DNA from: Callorhinchus milii
Lineage: Eukaryota
Direction: 5' to 3'
Length of the DNA: 64,000 nt
NCBI RefSeq assembly: GCF_018977255.1
Contig: NW_024704742.1
Coordinates: 51,214,001-51,278,000 of the forward strand
Positions 39,444 to 49,860 of this stretch are shown piece by piece; position 1 is the stretch's first letter; every line of letters begins with the position of its first letter. The notes below the pieces were generated by a model. The model made no database searches and was not told the DNA's origin. It saw only the letters and a list, made by a program, of their open reading frames with translations. The position numbers and the translations under genes were made by a program.

Positions 39444-40250
39444 TATGCCTTTTGTTGAGCAGAATAATGAATTTCAGAATTATAACAGTTTTGTCCCAGC
39501 TCTGCCAGTCGTTCGTCTGAATTACTGTCCCCTCACTCCTCTCAAAGGCAACACAATTCAAGCCTCAAGTGTCCCTTCGTCATTATTATGCAGTCTTTTC
39601 TGTGTGACGCACGCTTTGAGCTCTAGTGCTGGCTGAATACAGATGAACTCAGAAGCAGCCTGGAAAAACTTACTCGACATGGAAGGTGCCCTGCAGGGAA
39701 ATTTCACCTTTCATAGAGCACAGCCACATAGCCTCACAGACGGTATCATACAAACCAGTGCACAATGGTTAAGTTAGGCTGAGCAACTATTATCAGCTGC
39801 TTCCTAAGATGTTGATACACACAATATAGAAGGGTGGAGCTCCAAACTGTTTTAAGCAACTTCTTAGCTCTAGCTGCCTACGAAATACAACTGCACTGAG
39901 AAAATCCACCAGTGCACCACTCTTCTCAATTGCCTCACACAACTGGCAGTTTTTCATAGAGTCACAATTGAAGTGCATCCTTTTGCACTCTCATCTGCTG
40001 AAACGCCCGGCTCCAGCTCCTCTTCACAGGAGTGCATTGCTTCCTGAAGCTCTGCCACCCAGTCAATAATCAGCAAGCGCTCAGCATGCTTGTGATGACG
40101 CAGGGTACAGCGTCCCACTTAATCTACTAAAGATAATGTTGGCAGGCTGCTTTCGGGAGGAGGGGGGAGGGTGAAGGGAATAGGGTGATGCAATTAATAC
40201 TGTGCCATTTAGCCTATCGTGTTTCAGCTTTCCTAATTTGCTTAGCTCAC
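39444..40250 (-). promoter_or_regulatory. Putative 5' UTR and promoter of the FRY-like FRYL first exon
   Basis: No repeat recognised, locally more CpG, directly upstream of the ATG exon. Contains TGACGCA (40096-40102), a purine-rich GGAGG/GGGGGAGGG tract (about 40155-40171) and TGATGCAAT (40186-40194). TSS not determinable from sequence. Confidence 0.45.
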
Positions 40251-40916
40251 TGCAAAAATGTTCTTTCCTCTGGCTGGCTGCTGAAACTAAAATGAGATCT
40301 TGTTTCCCAATTGCAGAACCAGAGTAAAAACACTTTTAAGGTGTTTCCTTAAAGCAGCAGCACAGGAAGCTCTTTTTAACCATACAATGTGCAAGAATGT
40401 TTTTAAAGTACATGATATGGAAGAAAAACATTTTGTTAAGAATTGTATTTTAAGCAAACATTTGTGATCATCTTTGATATGATCAGAGCAAATATTTAGC
40501 TATTTTTGATGATTAATAATTTTCTTCACCGCAGTAGTTTATGCAGGGTGGCTTAAAGGGGAAACAAAGCCAAAAAGATGGATTTCTTTACAATATATTT
40601 TGTAAAGCGCTTTGAGATGTCTCGAAGACATGAAAAGGCACTGTATCAAATGCAAGGATTATTATTATTATTGTAACCCGTTTAGAAATGGAAATAACAC
40701 AAAATAGTTCTTTAAACAAAGGGAAAACTCGCCAGAAATTTCTTTATGAGGCAGCTCCTGACTAAAATGCTTCAGTGGTGCACATCACTGGGGCACTTGA
40801 CACAGTTGTATTCTCAAGTAGACAGCAATTGAAAGTTTCCAGGTTGGGCTGCTCCACTTCGATCAGATCTTAGGTCAGTCTAAAAGCTCCCACCCTTTCT
40901 TTTTTTTCTTTACTAG

Positions 40917-41382
40917 TTTTAGTAAACTAAATATATCAAGATTTCAACCTTAAACACAAACTGTCTTATGGTAAACTGTATTTATTTTAGTGATTAAATG
41001 TCAGAGTATTATGGACCAGGTGGCGGACGTGGGAACAACTTTAGCAAGAAGAGGGAACATCTTTAAATAAATAATTATTTAGCATAAAGAGGGAACATCT
41101 TTAAATAATTATTTTACAAATGTTCCCCTTTCTCCAGAGGCAAGTTGTTGTAAGAAGAACACAAATTTCAGACAGAACCCAAGAATTTCTCAGATTGTGA
41201 AACCAGTGAACTTGAACATCCTAAGGCTTTAAACTGAACTGGTTAAAAATACAAATTTAGCAGCAATTACACTCAGTCATGGGACAGGGAGGGTAGGAAA
41301 CTTTTAATCACGAAAATAAATAGTTTAGCAAAAGATAGTTTGTGTTTAATGTTGAAATCTTGATATATTTAGTTTACTAAAA
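40917..41382. repeat. About 80-bp AT-rich inverted repeat pair with about 300-bp spacer
   Basis: 40917-40998 versus reverse complement of 41303-41382. The outer 51 bp (ttttagtaaactaaatatatcaagatttcaac.ttaaacacaaact.tctt) differ at 2 positions. Confidence 0.85.
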
Positions 41383-41439
41383 ATATTTTCTGCATCATCT
41401 GTGTGCCACAGGAATGTGGAAGAGGATATCTGTCGAGTT

Positions 41440-42160
41440 CAGTTGATAGTACTCTCTCCCCTGTTCAGGTGGATGTTAAAGATCCCATGGCACTATTCGA
41501 AAAGAGAAGGGAATTTCTACCAGTATTTTGGCCAACAATCCCCCCAAAATATAACCCTTTATGAGTGATTGTGGGGCAATCCTACATGCAAATTGGCTAC
41601 CGTGTTCGCCCCCAAAAAACAGTAAAACTCTCACAAGTCATATCAGCCGGGACCATAACATTAAATATGACTTACCCCAAGTAGCAATTACAGGCAAACT
41701 TGCATAAGTCACATCATATACAACTTAATCAATAATCTAAACTGCGCATGCGTACTTCTCTGCAGTTAGTGAGTGAGCGTACGGTGATGGGCTAAGACTT
41801 TGTTTCCTGCGCTTGTTTCAAGCGGAACACGACACATGCGTATTTCAATGCAATAACAGTGTTACAATTTGGGGGTGACATGCCTAGGATTTAGGATGTA
41901 CTTGGGATCAGGAAAACATTACGATTTAACCATTTACCCAATTTATAAATCGACTAGTGCAAATAATTCCAAGGGTTTATTGATAGAAAACTGAATGAGA
42001 CTTGGGTGCATGCACGATTTACGCAATTATACGATCCATACAGAGAAGACTTGTGCTTGTTTTACTGTACAGTCATTGCACTTGTATCCTATGAACTGCT
42101 TTGAGAGGTCCTCTGGACATGAAAAGCTCTATATCAAATGCAAGGATTATTTTTATTATT
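41440..42160 (+). mobile_element. DeuSINE-type SINE split by a MITE at 41620-42067
   Basis: caggtggatgttaaagatcccatggcactattcgaa..aattggctaccgtgttcgccc before the insert; tacagtcattgcactt..tttgagaggtcc..ctatatcaaatgcaaggattat after it. Confidence 0.8.
41620..42067. mobile_element. Non-autonomous Tc1/mariner (pogo/Tigger-like) DNA transposon, 448 bp
   Basis: TIRs CAGTAAAACTCTCACAAGTC (41620-41639) and GACTTGTGCTTGTTTTACTG (42048-42067), 17/20 match. TA follows the right end (42068-42069); the left flank is AA. Removing it restores a contiguous SINE. Confidence 0.78.
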
Positions 42161-42469
42161 TTGCTGTAATTAATTTAGGGGAATATATAAATTTGGATTT
42201 CACTCCTGATCACAATTGCAAAATAGCTTACACAAGAACATTGGGTGAGGATTCGATCAGTTTTACCCCAAAACTGAATGTTCTGCTGATGCTCTCCATC
42301 AAGTCTCACTCATGAAGAATGGCTACTTGATCAGAGTAGCAGAGTTTCCAGTACCTGCACGGCCATACTACAGCACGAGTCATTGCCTTCAAAGAGGAAA
42401 ATCTCAGCGTAAGACTTGAACCAATGCTCTTCACATAAGGTTACGTTTACGTTTTTCAGAATTAGACAC

Positions 42470-43140
42470 CAAGCAAGAGATGGGGGAAGTGGGGAGGGCC
42501 ATAGGCATGTTCGAAGAGGGAGGATTTGAAGCACGACAGACAAAAAGAGGAGAAAGAATGGCATAGGGAGGGAGTTCCAGAGGTTAGGGGCACAGGAACC
42601 AAAAGCTTGGTCCCTGTTAGTGCAGAGACGTGGAGTGTGTTATGTAGCTGAGTGGGACGGCCAAGTGGAGGGGCAGAGTTGGAGAAGGTCAGAAGTGGCA
42701 GAGAGTGGACAGATTTGTTAATGAGGATGTATAATCGATCCAATGGGAGACAGGTGGATAATGGAGACTGGTAAGGGTTTGGATGATTTGATGCAGGTAG
42801 CAGAGCTTTGAATGAGTGGCAGCTTGTGGATGGTGGAGCTAGGAAGACAAGCAAGCAGTGCGTTTGTAAAAGTCTAAGTGGGATGTGATGAGTGTTTTAG
42901 CCATACACGGTGTGAGACAGGTGTGGAGGCAGGCTACGTGTCAGATGTGAAGGAAGAGAGTCTTAGTGCGGGACCGGATGTGAGTGTCAAAGTAAAACTG
43001 AAGATCAAACCAGACCCAAAATTTGTGTACCAGCTCAAAGAACTCAAGAGGCCAGAGGGGCTGAAAAGGTAAGAGTCAACTGAAGAGAGGACAGTTGGGT
43101 GGAGCTGAGGAGGATGGCTTCCATTTTATCCAATATTAAA
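42470..43140 (-). mobile_element. Old L2 fragment
   Basis: Minus-strand FKSSLFEHAY, ggagttccagag, and aatattggataaaatggaagccatcctcctcagctcc (NxDKxEAILLSS). Confidence 0.7.
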
Positions 43141-43697
43141 GTTATACACTTTTCTACATCAGTAACCGTTTAATTCTGAAACTAGATCTTTAAAACACAT
43201 ATGAAATGACATGAAATAAAATACCCTAAGCAACTCATTCAAAACTCTGCTACCTACACCAAATCATCAATGTGGAAAAATACATTAATATTTGTGCTGA
43301 CATTAGATGAAATTACTGGTAATGGATTTGAAATTAATGAATAAATTGAAAAATGGCAAAATGTTAAGCTATAATTAAAATAAGTACATTGTTTGAATCA
43401 GCAAAGTGTTCCACCTAGTGACTCACCTAAGAAATGATGACAAGGATTTTTTTTAGATTATTTCAGAATTGGCAAACTTTACAGAATTTTTACTTAAAAA
43501 TAGCAAAAGCACACAAGTAACGGATTCATAATCAAAAGTATTAACACTCAGTACACTTGTGATGTTGTATTTTAATGCAATTAAACTCGTCAACACAAAA
43601 TGAATTTGGGCAAACCAAATCAAGCAAATTAAGAGCAGATTTCTATTGCAATTTGGGAGGATACACACAAGCTTTTAGGATAGATGAATTTCAGAGC

Positions 43698-45120
43698 TCA
43701 ACATCAACTCTTACTTATATAGCGCCCTGCATGCATGTTAGCGTCTCAGAATGCTTAAAAGTGGCGGAGCCTGAATCTGAGCTGAGGGAGAGGTGACCGT
43801 AAGCACAGTCGAAAAGAAAGATTTTCAGGCAGGACTTGAAAAAGGGGAGAGAGGGGGCGAGGCGGATTGATTGAGGGAGAGTGTTTCAGAGTTGAGGCGT
43901 AATGACTGAATGCACGACCTCCAGTGGTGGAGTGGAGAGTGCGAGGGACAAGCAGAAGGCCGGTGCCAGTTGAGTGGAGGCGCCAGGTGGTGGATTGGGG
44001 AGTGAGGAGGTCAGAGTGTTAGGGAGGTGCCAGAGAATGAAGGGATTTGAACACGAGTGTGAGGATCTTGAAGTCGATCTGTTCGGTGATGGGGAGCCAG
44101 TGGAGCCTGGTCAGAACTGGTGAGATGTGGGTACGGAGTTTGGTCCAGGTCAGTAATGCAGGCGGCAGAGTTCTGAATGAGCTGGATTTTTTGAATAGTG
44201 GAGCTGGGGAGACCGGCGAGGAGTGCGTTTGAATAATCCAGGCGGGAAGTGTCAAACGCATGCACAAGAGTTTCAGCTACATTTGGGGTAAGGTACAGTC
44301 GGAGGCAGGCAATGTGGCAGAGGAAGGTGGTCTGGTTAGGGACCGGATGTGGGTAAGGAAGGACAACTGTGGGTCGAACTGGATGCCTAGATTGCACACT
44401 GGTTCAGTGAGTCTGAGGGAAATGCTGGGGAGATTTAGGAGGTCAGATCCGCAGGAATGAAGGCACTGAAGGGAGCTAAGGAGTATGGCTTCCTTCTTGT
44501 CCACATTCAGCTGCAGGAAGTTTACACTCATCCAGGCCCTGATGTCTGCCAGACAAGCTGATAGAACATCAGCAGATATGAAGTTGCAGCTGGAGGAGGC
44601 AAAGTAGATCTGTGTGTCAACAGTGTCTGTGGGTGACATCGCCAAGCGGGAACATGTAGAAGAGGAAGAGAAGAGGGCCAAGGATGGAGCCCTGGGGTAT
44701 CCCACAGGTGACCGGATGGGCACGGGAGGAGAAACCATTTGCCAAGAGGAAGTGGAAGCGTTTGGTTAAGTAGGACTCCAACCATTCGGGTGCAGTCCCA
44801 CTAAGGTGGATGAGGAATGCGAGGCGGTGGAGGAGGATGGCATGACTGTGTCGAACGTGGCAAAGAGATCCAGGAGGTCGAGGATCCCTGGTCACAGATA
44901 GAGAAGACATCATTTGTTACTTTGACGAGCACTCTCTCTGTGCTGTGGGCAGGAAGAAAACCAGAATACAGGGCCTCGAGGAAGGAGTGGAGGGAGAGGT
45001 GTGACCGAATTTGACCTGCAACAATGTGTTCCAGGACTTTGGCAAGGAAGGCAGGTTGGAAACAGGATGGTAATTTGAGAGATTAGAGGGATCAAAGGTG
45101 TTTTTTTTGAGGCAGTGGCT
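43698..45120 (-). mobile_element. L2 LINE, 5'-truncated
   Basis: GIPQGSILGPLLFLFYMFPLGD, LADIRAWMSVNFLQLNVDKKEAILL, LHWLPITEQIDFKILTLVFKSLHSLAPP in minus ORFs; tail at about 43698-43730. Confidence 0.93.
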
Positions 45121-46584
45121 CTTAGCTGGCTTTAAGGGAACTACAGACCTCTGTAAACAGTTTACTGAACGTTAAAGTCACTTTAAAAGTCAGATTCACG
45201 TATCATGTGCATATATACAGTAGTAGCACACGAATTAATGCTAACAGAATATTAATGGAGCATCTCAGATACTGAAAAACATTCAGACTGCAGAGAATTT
45301 AGATTTACTGGAAGGATTATTTAATACAAATCTGCTTTGTTGACTTGCACTTCTACACAGTTATTAATTTTGCCAGATGAAAAGAAATCCTCACAGGCAA
45401 TAACAGGTCCATTTCTGTTTGCTGCATTAAGCTGATCGGAGAAACAGTATTCTTCCTATAACTAGATATCAATCTCAATGCTTGAATTGAAAATTTCAGT
45501 ACCAGTCGAAAAAAATTTCATTCAAAAAAAATCTTACATTTTATGCACTATTCCCTCAATAGAGAAAAAACATTGCACCGTGTGTTCCCATTATTTAACA
45601 TTTATAATGATAGTTAAAATGACTGCACTGATAAATCTCAATGTTTATAGGGTACATAAAAATTCAGCTGGAGACGAGAAAGAATCTTGACCTATGAAGA
45701 TGAATTTTGACCTCAACCTATAAGCAGCATTTTACTAAGACTGAAATCTTGCAATATTCAACCATTAACCTCAGTATGTCAAGAGTATGCTAGACAATAG
45801 ACATCTCCTTCATCGATTAAACGCAAAGGCGTTTAATTACAGTACAGAAGGCAGAGAATATTGCTGACAAACTGGAGTTTCTACACATATTTTCATTCAA
45901 ATTAGCCTAAAAAATACAATGAACCATAACTAATCTAGCTGAATATTAAGTTATAACATATTTAGTCTAAAAATAGAAACCTTTCTCCAAGTACTTAGTT
46001 GAAATCAATCTCCAGAACAGCTCCATTTATTACTGTCACCAAAACATTTTCGCGTATATTTAAGGACAATTAACATTAGTTTTAATTCACAAAATAGAAA
46101 TCTGAATATTTTGGGGAGTCTAACATTATGGGGTGAGGAAGAGAATTAACACAAAAAAGAGGTAAATTTGGTGGGGGGAATTTTTTTTGTTTGGATAATG
46201 TGATTTCCACACATTACCATAGCTGGTTTATCTGCATGTGCGTCACAATGTGCTCACATTCCCAGAATCAGCTTTGTTACAACGCAGGATTCAGGATGCA
46301 CATGGTCCATCATGGATCTTAGAAGAAATCAACAAATTCTGATACAGTATTAAAATATTTTTTAAAGTGTGTCAGTGAAAATCAGTAAAAAAAAGTAATG
46401 GTTCCTGCCTATATTATAAAGGTTCAACAAACGGGGAAAGTGGGAGAAGAGCAGATATCAACAACAACTTGCATTTATATAATGCCTCTCACATCTTGGG
46501 AGTGCTTATCAATATCAATTTGTGAAGTAAACAAAAAGCTGCAAATTTTTAAGATCGGACTACTAAAGACAAATGCAAGTCAAT

Positions 46585-46992
46585 CAATAATAATCCCTAC
46601 AATTTGATATTGTGGCTTTTACTTCAGGATATCTCAAAGCGCTTCACAGGATGTACTGGAAAGTGGAGTGACTGTATGTCATGCGGGAACACAGCAGGCA
46701 ATTTGCACACAGCAATGTCCCGCAAACAGCGATGAAATGAATAATAACCAATTTTAATTGGGGGTTGTTGGCCAAGATACCAGGAGAAACTCTTTTCAAA
46801 TAGTGCCATGGGATTTTTAATATCCACCTGAACAGGCAGATGGCACTTCAGATTAATATCCTATCCAATGAATGGCACCTCAAACAAACCAGCAGACCTC
46901 CAGCAGTGGATAGTTTTCAAAGTACAAGTTTTCAAGTCTCAACATAGTCTCCATATAGGGCTTGAGGCAAGAGCGTTACTAATTGACTCAAG
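46585..46992 (-). mobile_element. DeuSINE-type SINE
   Basis: tatctcaaagcgcttcacagg..aatagtgccatgggatttttaatatccacctgaacagg, the reverse complement of the 12681-13096 core and tail. Confidence 0.78.
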
Positions 46993-47184
46993 TCATCTGC
47001 TCTCGCCCAGCAACCCTTTGTGAACTTCATAAGGAAGGGACTCCCTGCAACTAACAATGGAAGAATAATAATTCATCAGACATGCTAATTTCTAAACTAT
47101 AATTGGGACAAATGTGGAACAAAACGTAGACGAGGAAGAACATTGAGTTACAACCTCAATCTTTTTAGAGAAGAGATACACAAT

Positions 47185-47760
47185 ACAAAATTACATTTTT
47201 AAAATGCCTTTCATGTCGGGAGGACGTCCCAAGGCAATGAACAGTCAGGGATTAGGACCCGGGCTGAGGGGTTGCGATCAGGGAGGGTGGAGGGCAGAGG
47301 TCGCCGAAGGCACGGTTGAAGAGGAGGGTCTCGAGGCATCCCTTGAAGGAGGCAAGGGAGGGAGCGAGTGAAGGGAATGTGGGATGGAGTTCCAGATGGT
47401 AGGGGCAGAGAGGCTGAAGGCCTGGCCGTCAACGGTGGAGCGGGCCAGGCAGGGGACATGGAGCAAGCTGCTGAGTGGAAGGACCAGACAGGTTGATAAG
47501 GGGTTAGCAGGTTGGAGAGGGCAAGGCCATGGAGGGCCTTGAAAGTGAGGACGAGGATTTTGAACTCGATCTTCTGAGGGATGGGGAGCCAGTGGAGCTG
47601 GATGAGGGTGGGTGTGATAGTGTCATGGAGCCTGGTGCAGGAGATGACGTGAGCTGCAGAGTTCAGGATGATCTGCAACTTGTGGAGGGCAGAGTTGGGA
47701 AGGCCGACAAGCAGGGCATTGGCATAGTCGAGCCTGTATGTAATGAAGGCATGTATGAGG
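47185..47760 (-). mobile_element. L2 3' end, GC-rich
   Basis: LQIILNSAAHVIS..LHWLPIPQKIEFKILVLTFKALHGLA and SAPTIWNSIP in minus ORFs. Confidence 0.9.
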
Positions 47761-48764
47761 GTACATGCACTATGTGTATGGCTTCCCTGGTTAGGGAGGA
47801 ACTTTTTTTTGAGCGTGAAAAACGCTTATGAAAAAGGCGATATAACCTAAACAAAGACAGGTATCTGGAAGAATTTGTCTTTTGTTTAAAAAACTGCAAT
47901 TGAAAAATCTAAGGACTTGTTGGTAAACGCTTGAAAAACAACTAGCATCAATACTGTACAAAGTAAACTTTTGGTATCTGCTACAGCAATCTAGGAAGGT
48001 TGAGAAAGAGAAGCTAAAGGGTGTCTGAGGTTACTGTGGAATGTATGGGAAAGACAAGATGTCTATTTTAATCAAACCTCAAATGTTTTTACAGGTGTGA
48101 AATTCCTTAAGGGAACTACTTAATTTATTTCTGGATGGCTAAGAGATGTGCAAATGTGTAGAGCTGCAATTTTTATATGATATGGAGTCTCAGTCAGAGT
48201 AGCCAAACCGATAAGACACTTGAGAACTAAAATGACGGTTGGCATTTTTTCAACAACTTTGAAGATATGCAATCATAATGGTAAATCACATTGGAGGCTG
48301 GCATTGTTAGTATTACTGCATGCAATGTCAACAGAATTTAAGTCCACTGGTTTACGAATTTTGTAAAATATGTACGCTTTGTACCTTCATAAAAAAAATT
48401 CGCCACTCAATCGACGACTATTTGTAGGATACTGCTGTGCGCAATTGGTTGCCACGTTTCGCCCACAATAGACAGTCTTTACAATACATGAAGCACTTTC
48501 AGAAATCTCAACAATGTCATAAAATGCTATATCAAATGCAAGGATTATTATTAAAATGTAAAAGTTGTATTGTTTCTGTGTGGGAAAAATTAACTGATCT
48601 CCTATGCTAATAAGAATCCAGTAGCTCTTTTGAAGTGTTAAGAAATTCCCATTTCCAGCAATGTTGCATTAGGCACTTAGAGTTTGTTTGGGGTTAAAGG
48701 CTTAGTTTGTGTACAGTGTAGAATGTGCTCACAATAGTTGAGTTCAGATCCAGGTGGCTCAACA

Positions 48765-49860
48765 CCATGGAATATTATAGCACAGAAGGAGGTCAATCAG
48801 CCTGTGTCAGCTCTTTGGAAGAGCTTTCCAATCTATCGCACTCCCCCATTCTCTCCCCATATCCTTGCATATGTTTCCTCTTCAAGTACTTATCCAATTC
48901 CCTTTTAAAGTGGTTATTGAATCGATTTCCACTACCATTTTAGACAGTGCATTCCAGAACGTAACAACTCTATGTGTAAAATAGTTTCTCATCTGGTTGA
49001 GAATTTTTTTTCTCAATTGGTACTTTTGCCAATTATCTTGAATCTATGTCCCCTGGTTACTGACCCACCTGCCAGTGGAAACAGTTTCTCCCCAATCACT
49101 GTATCAAAACCCCTCATAATTTTGAACACCTATTAAATCTCCCCTTAACCTTCTCTGCTCTAAGGAGAACAATCCCAGTTTCCCTAGTCTCTCTATCTAA
49201 CGAAAGCCCCTCATCCCTCGTATCATTCTGGTAAATCTCTCTGCACCCTATCCAAGGCCTTGATAGCCTTCCTAAAATGTGGTGTCCAGTGACTTATAAA
49301 GGTTTAGTAGACTTCCTTACTTTTATACTAAATGCCTCGAATTATAAAACCAAGGATGCCATATGCTTTTTTAACAGCTCTATCAACCTCTCCTGTCACC
49401 TTCAAAGACCTGTGCATATGAATCCCCAGGTCTCTCTGCTCCTGTACCCCTTTTAAAAGTGTACCATTTCTTGTATATTGCTTTTCCTCATTCTTCCTCC
49501 CAAAATGCATCACCTCACACTTCTCTGCATTAAACCTCATCTGCCACGTGTCTGCCCATTTCATGAGTCTGTGTCCTGCTGCCGTCTGCTACCATCCTCC
49601 TCATTGTTTCCTACGTTCAAAAGTTTTGTCTCATCTGAAAACTTTTAACTTTGCTCTCTATACCCAAATCATTTATGTTTATCAAAAAGAGCAGTGAGCC
49701 TAATACCAATCCCTGTGGGATACCACTGAATACTTCCCTCCAGTCTGAAAAACAACCATTTACCATTACCTTTTTTTGTCTCCCAGCCAATTTCATATCC
49801 ATGCTGCCATTGTCCCTTTTAACTCATGGGCTTCAATTTTGCTAACTAGTCTAACCATGT
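48765..49860 (-). mobile_element. CR1 LINE 3' fragment
   Basis: Minus ORFs VFSGIPQGLVLGSLLFLININDL and WADTWQMRFNAEKCEVMHFGRKN..EQRDLGI..VKKAYGILGFI. Confidence 0.92.

Noticed and set aside
43421..43500. Strong minus-strand donor TAG|gtgagt overlapping an AP-1 motif
   Set aside because: Only a weak AAG acceptor nearby; not enough to call an exon.
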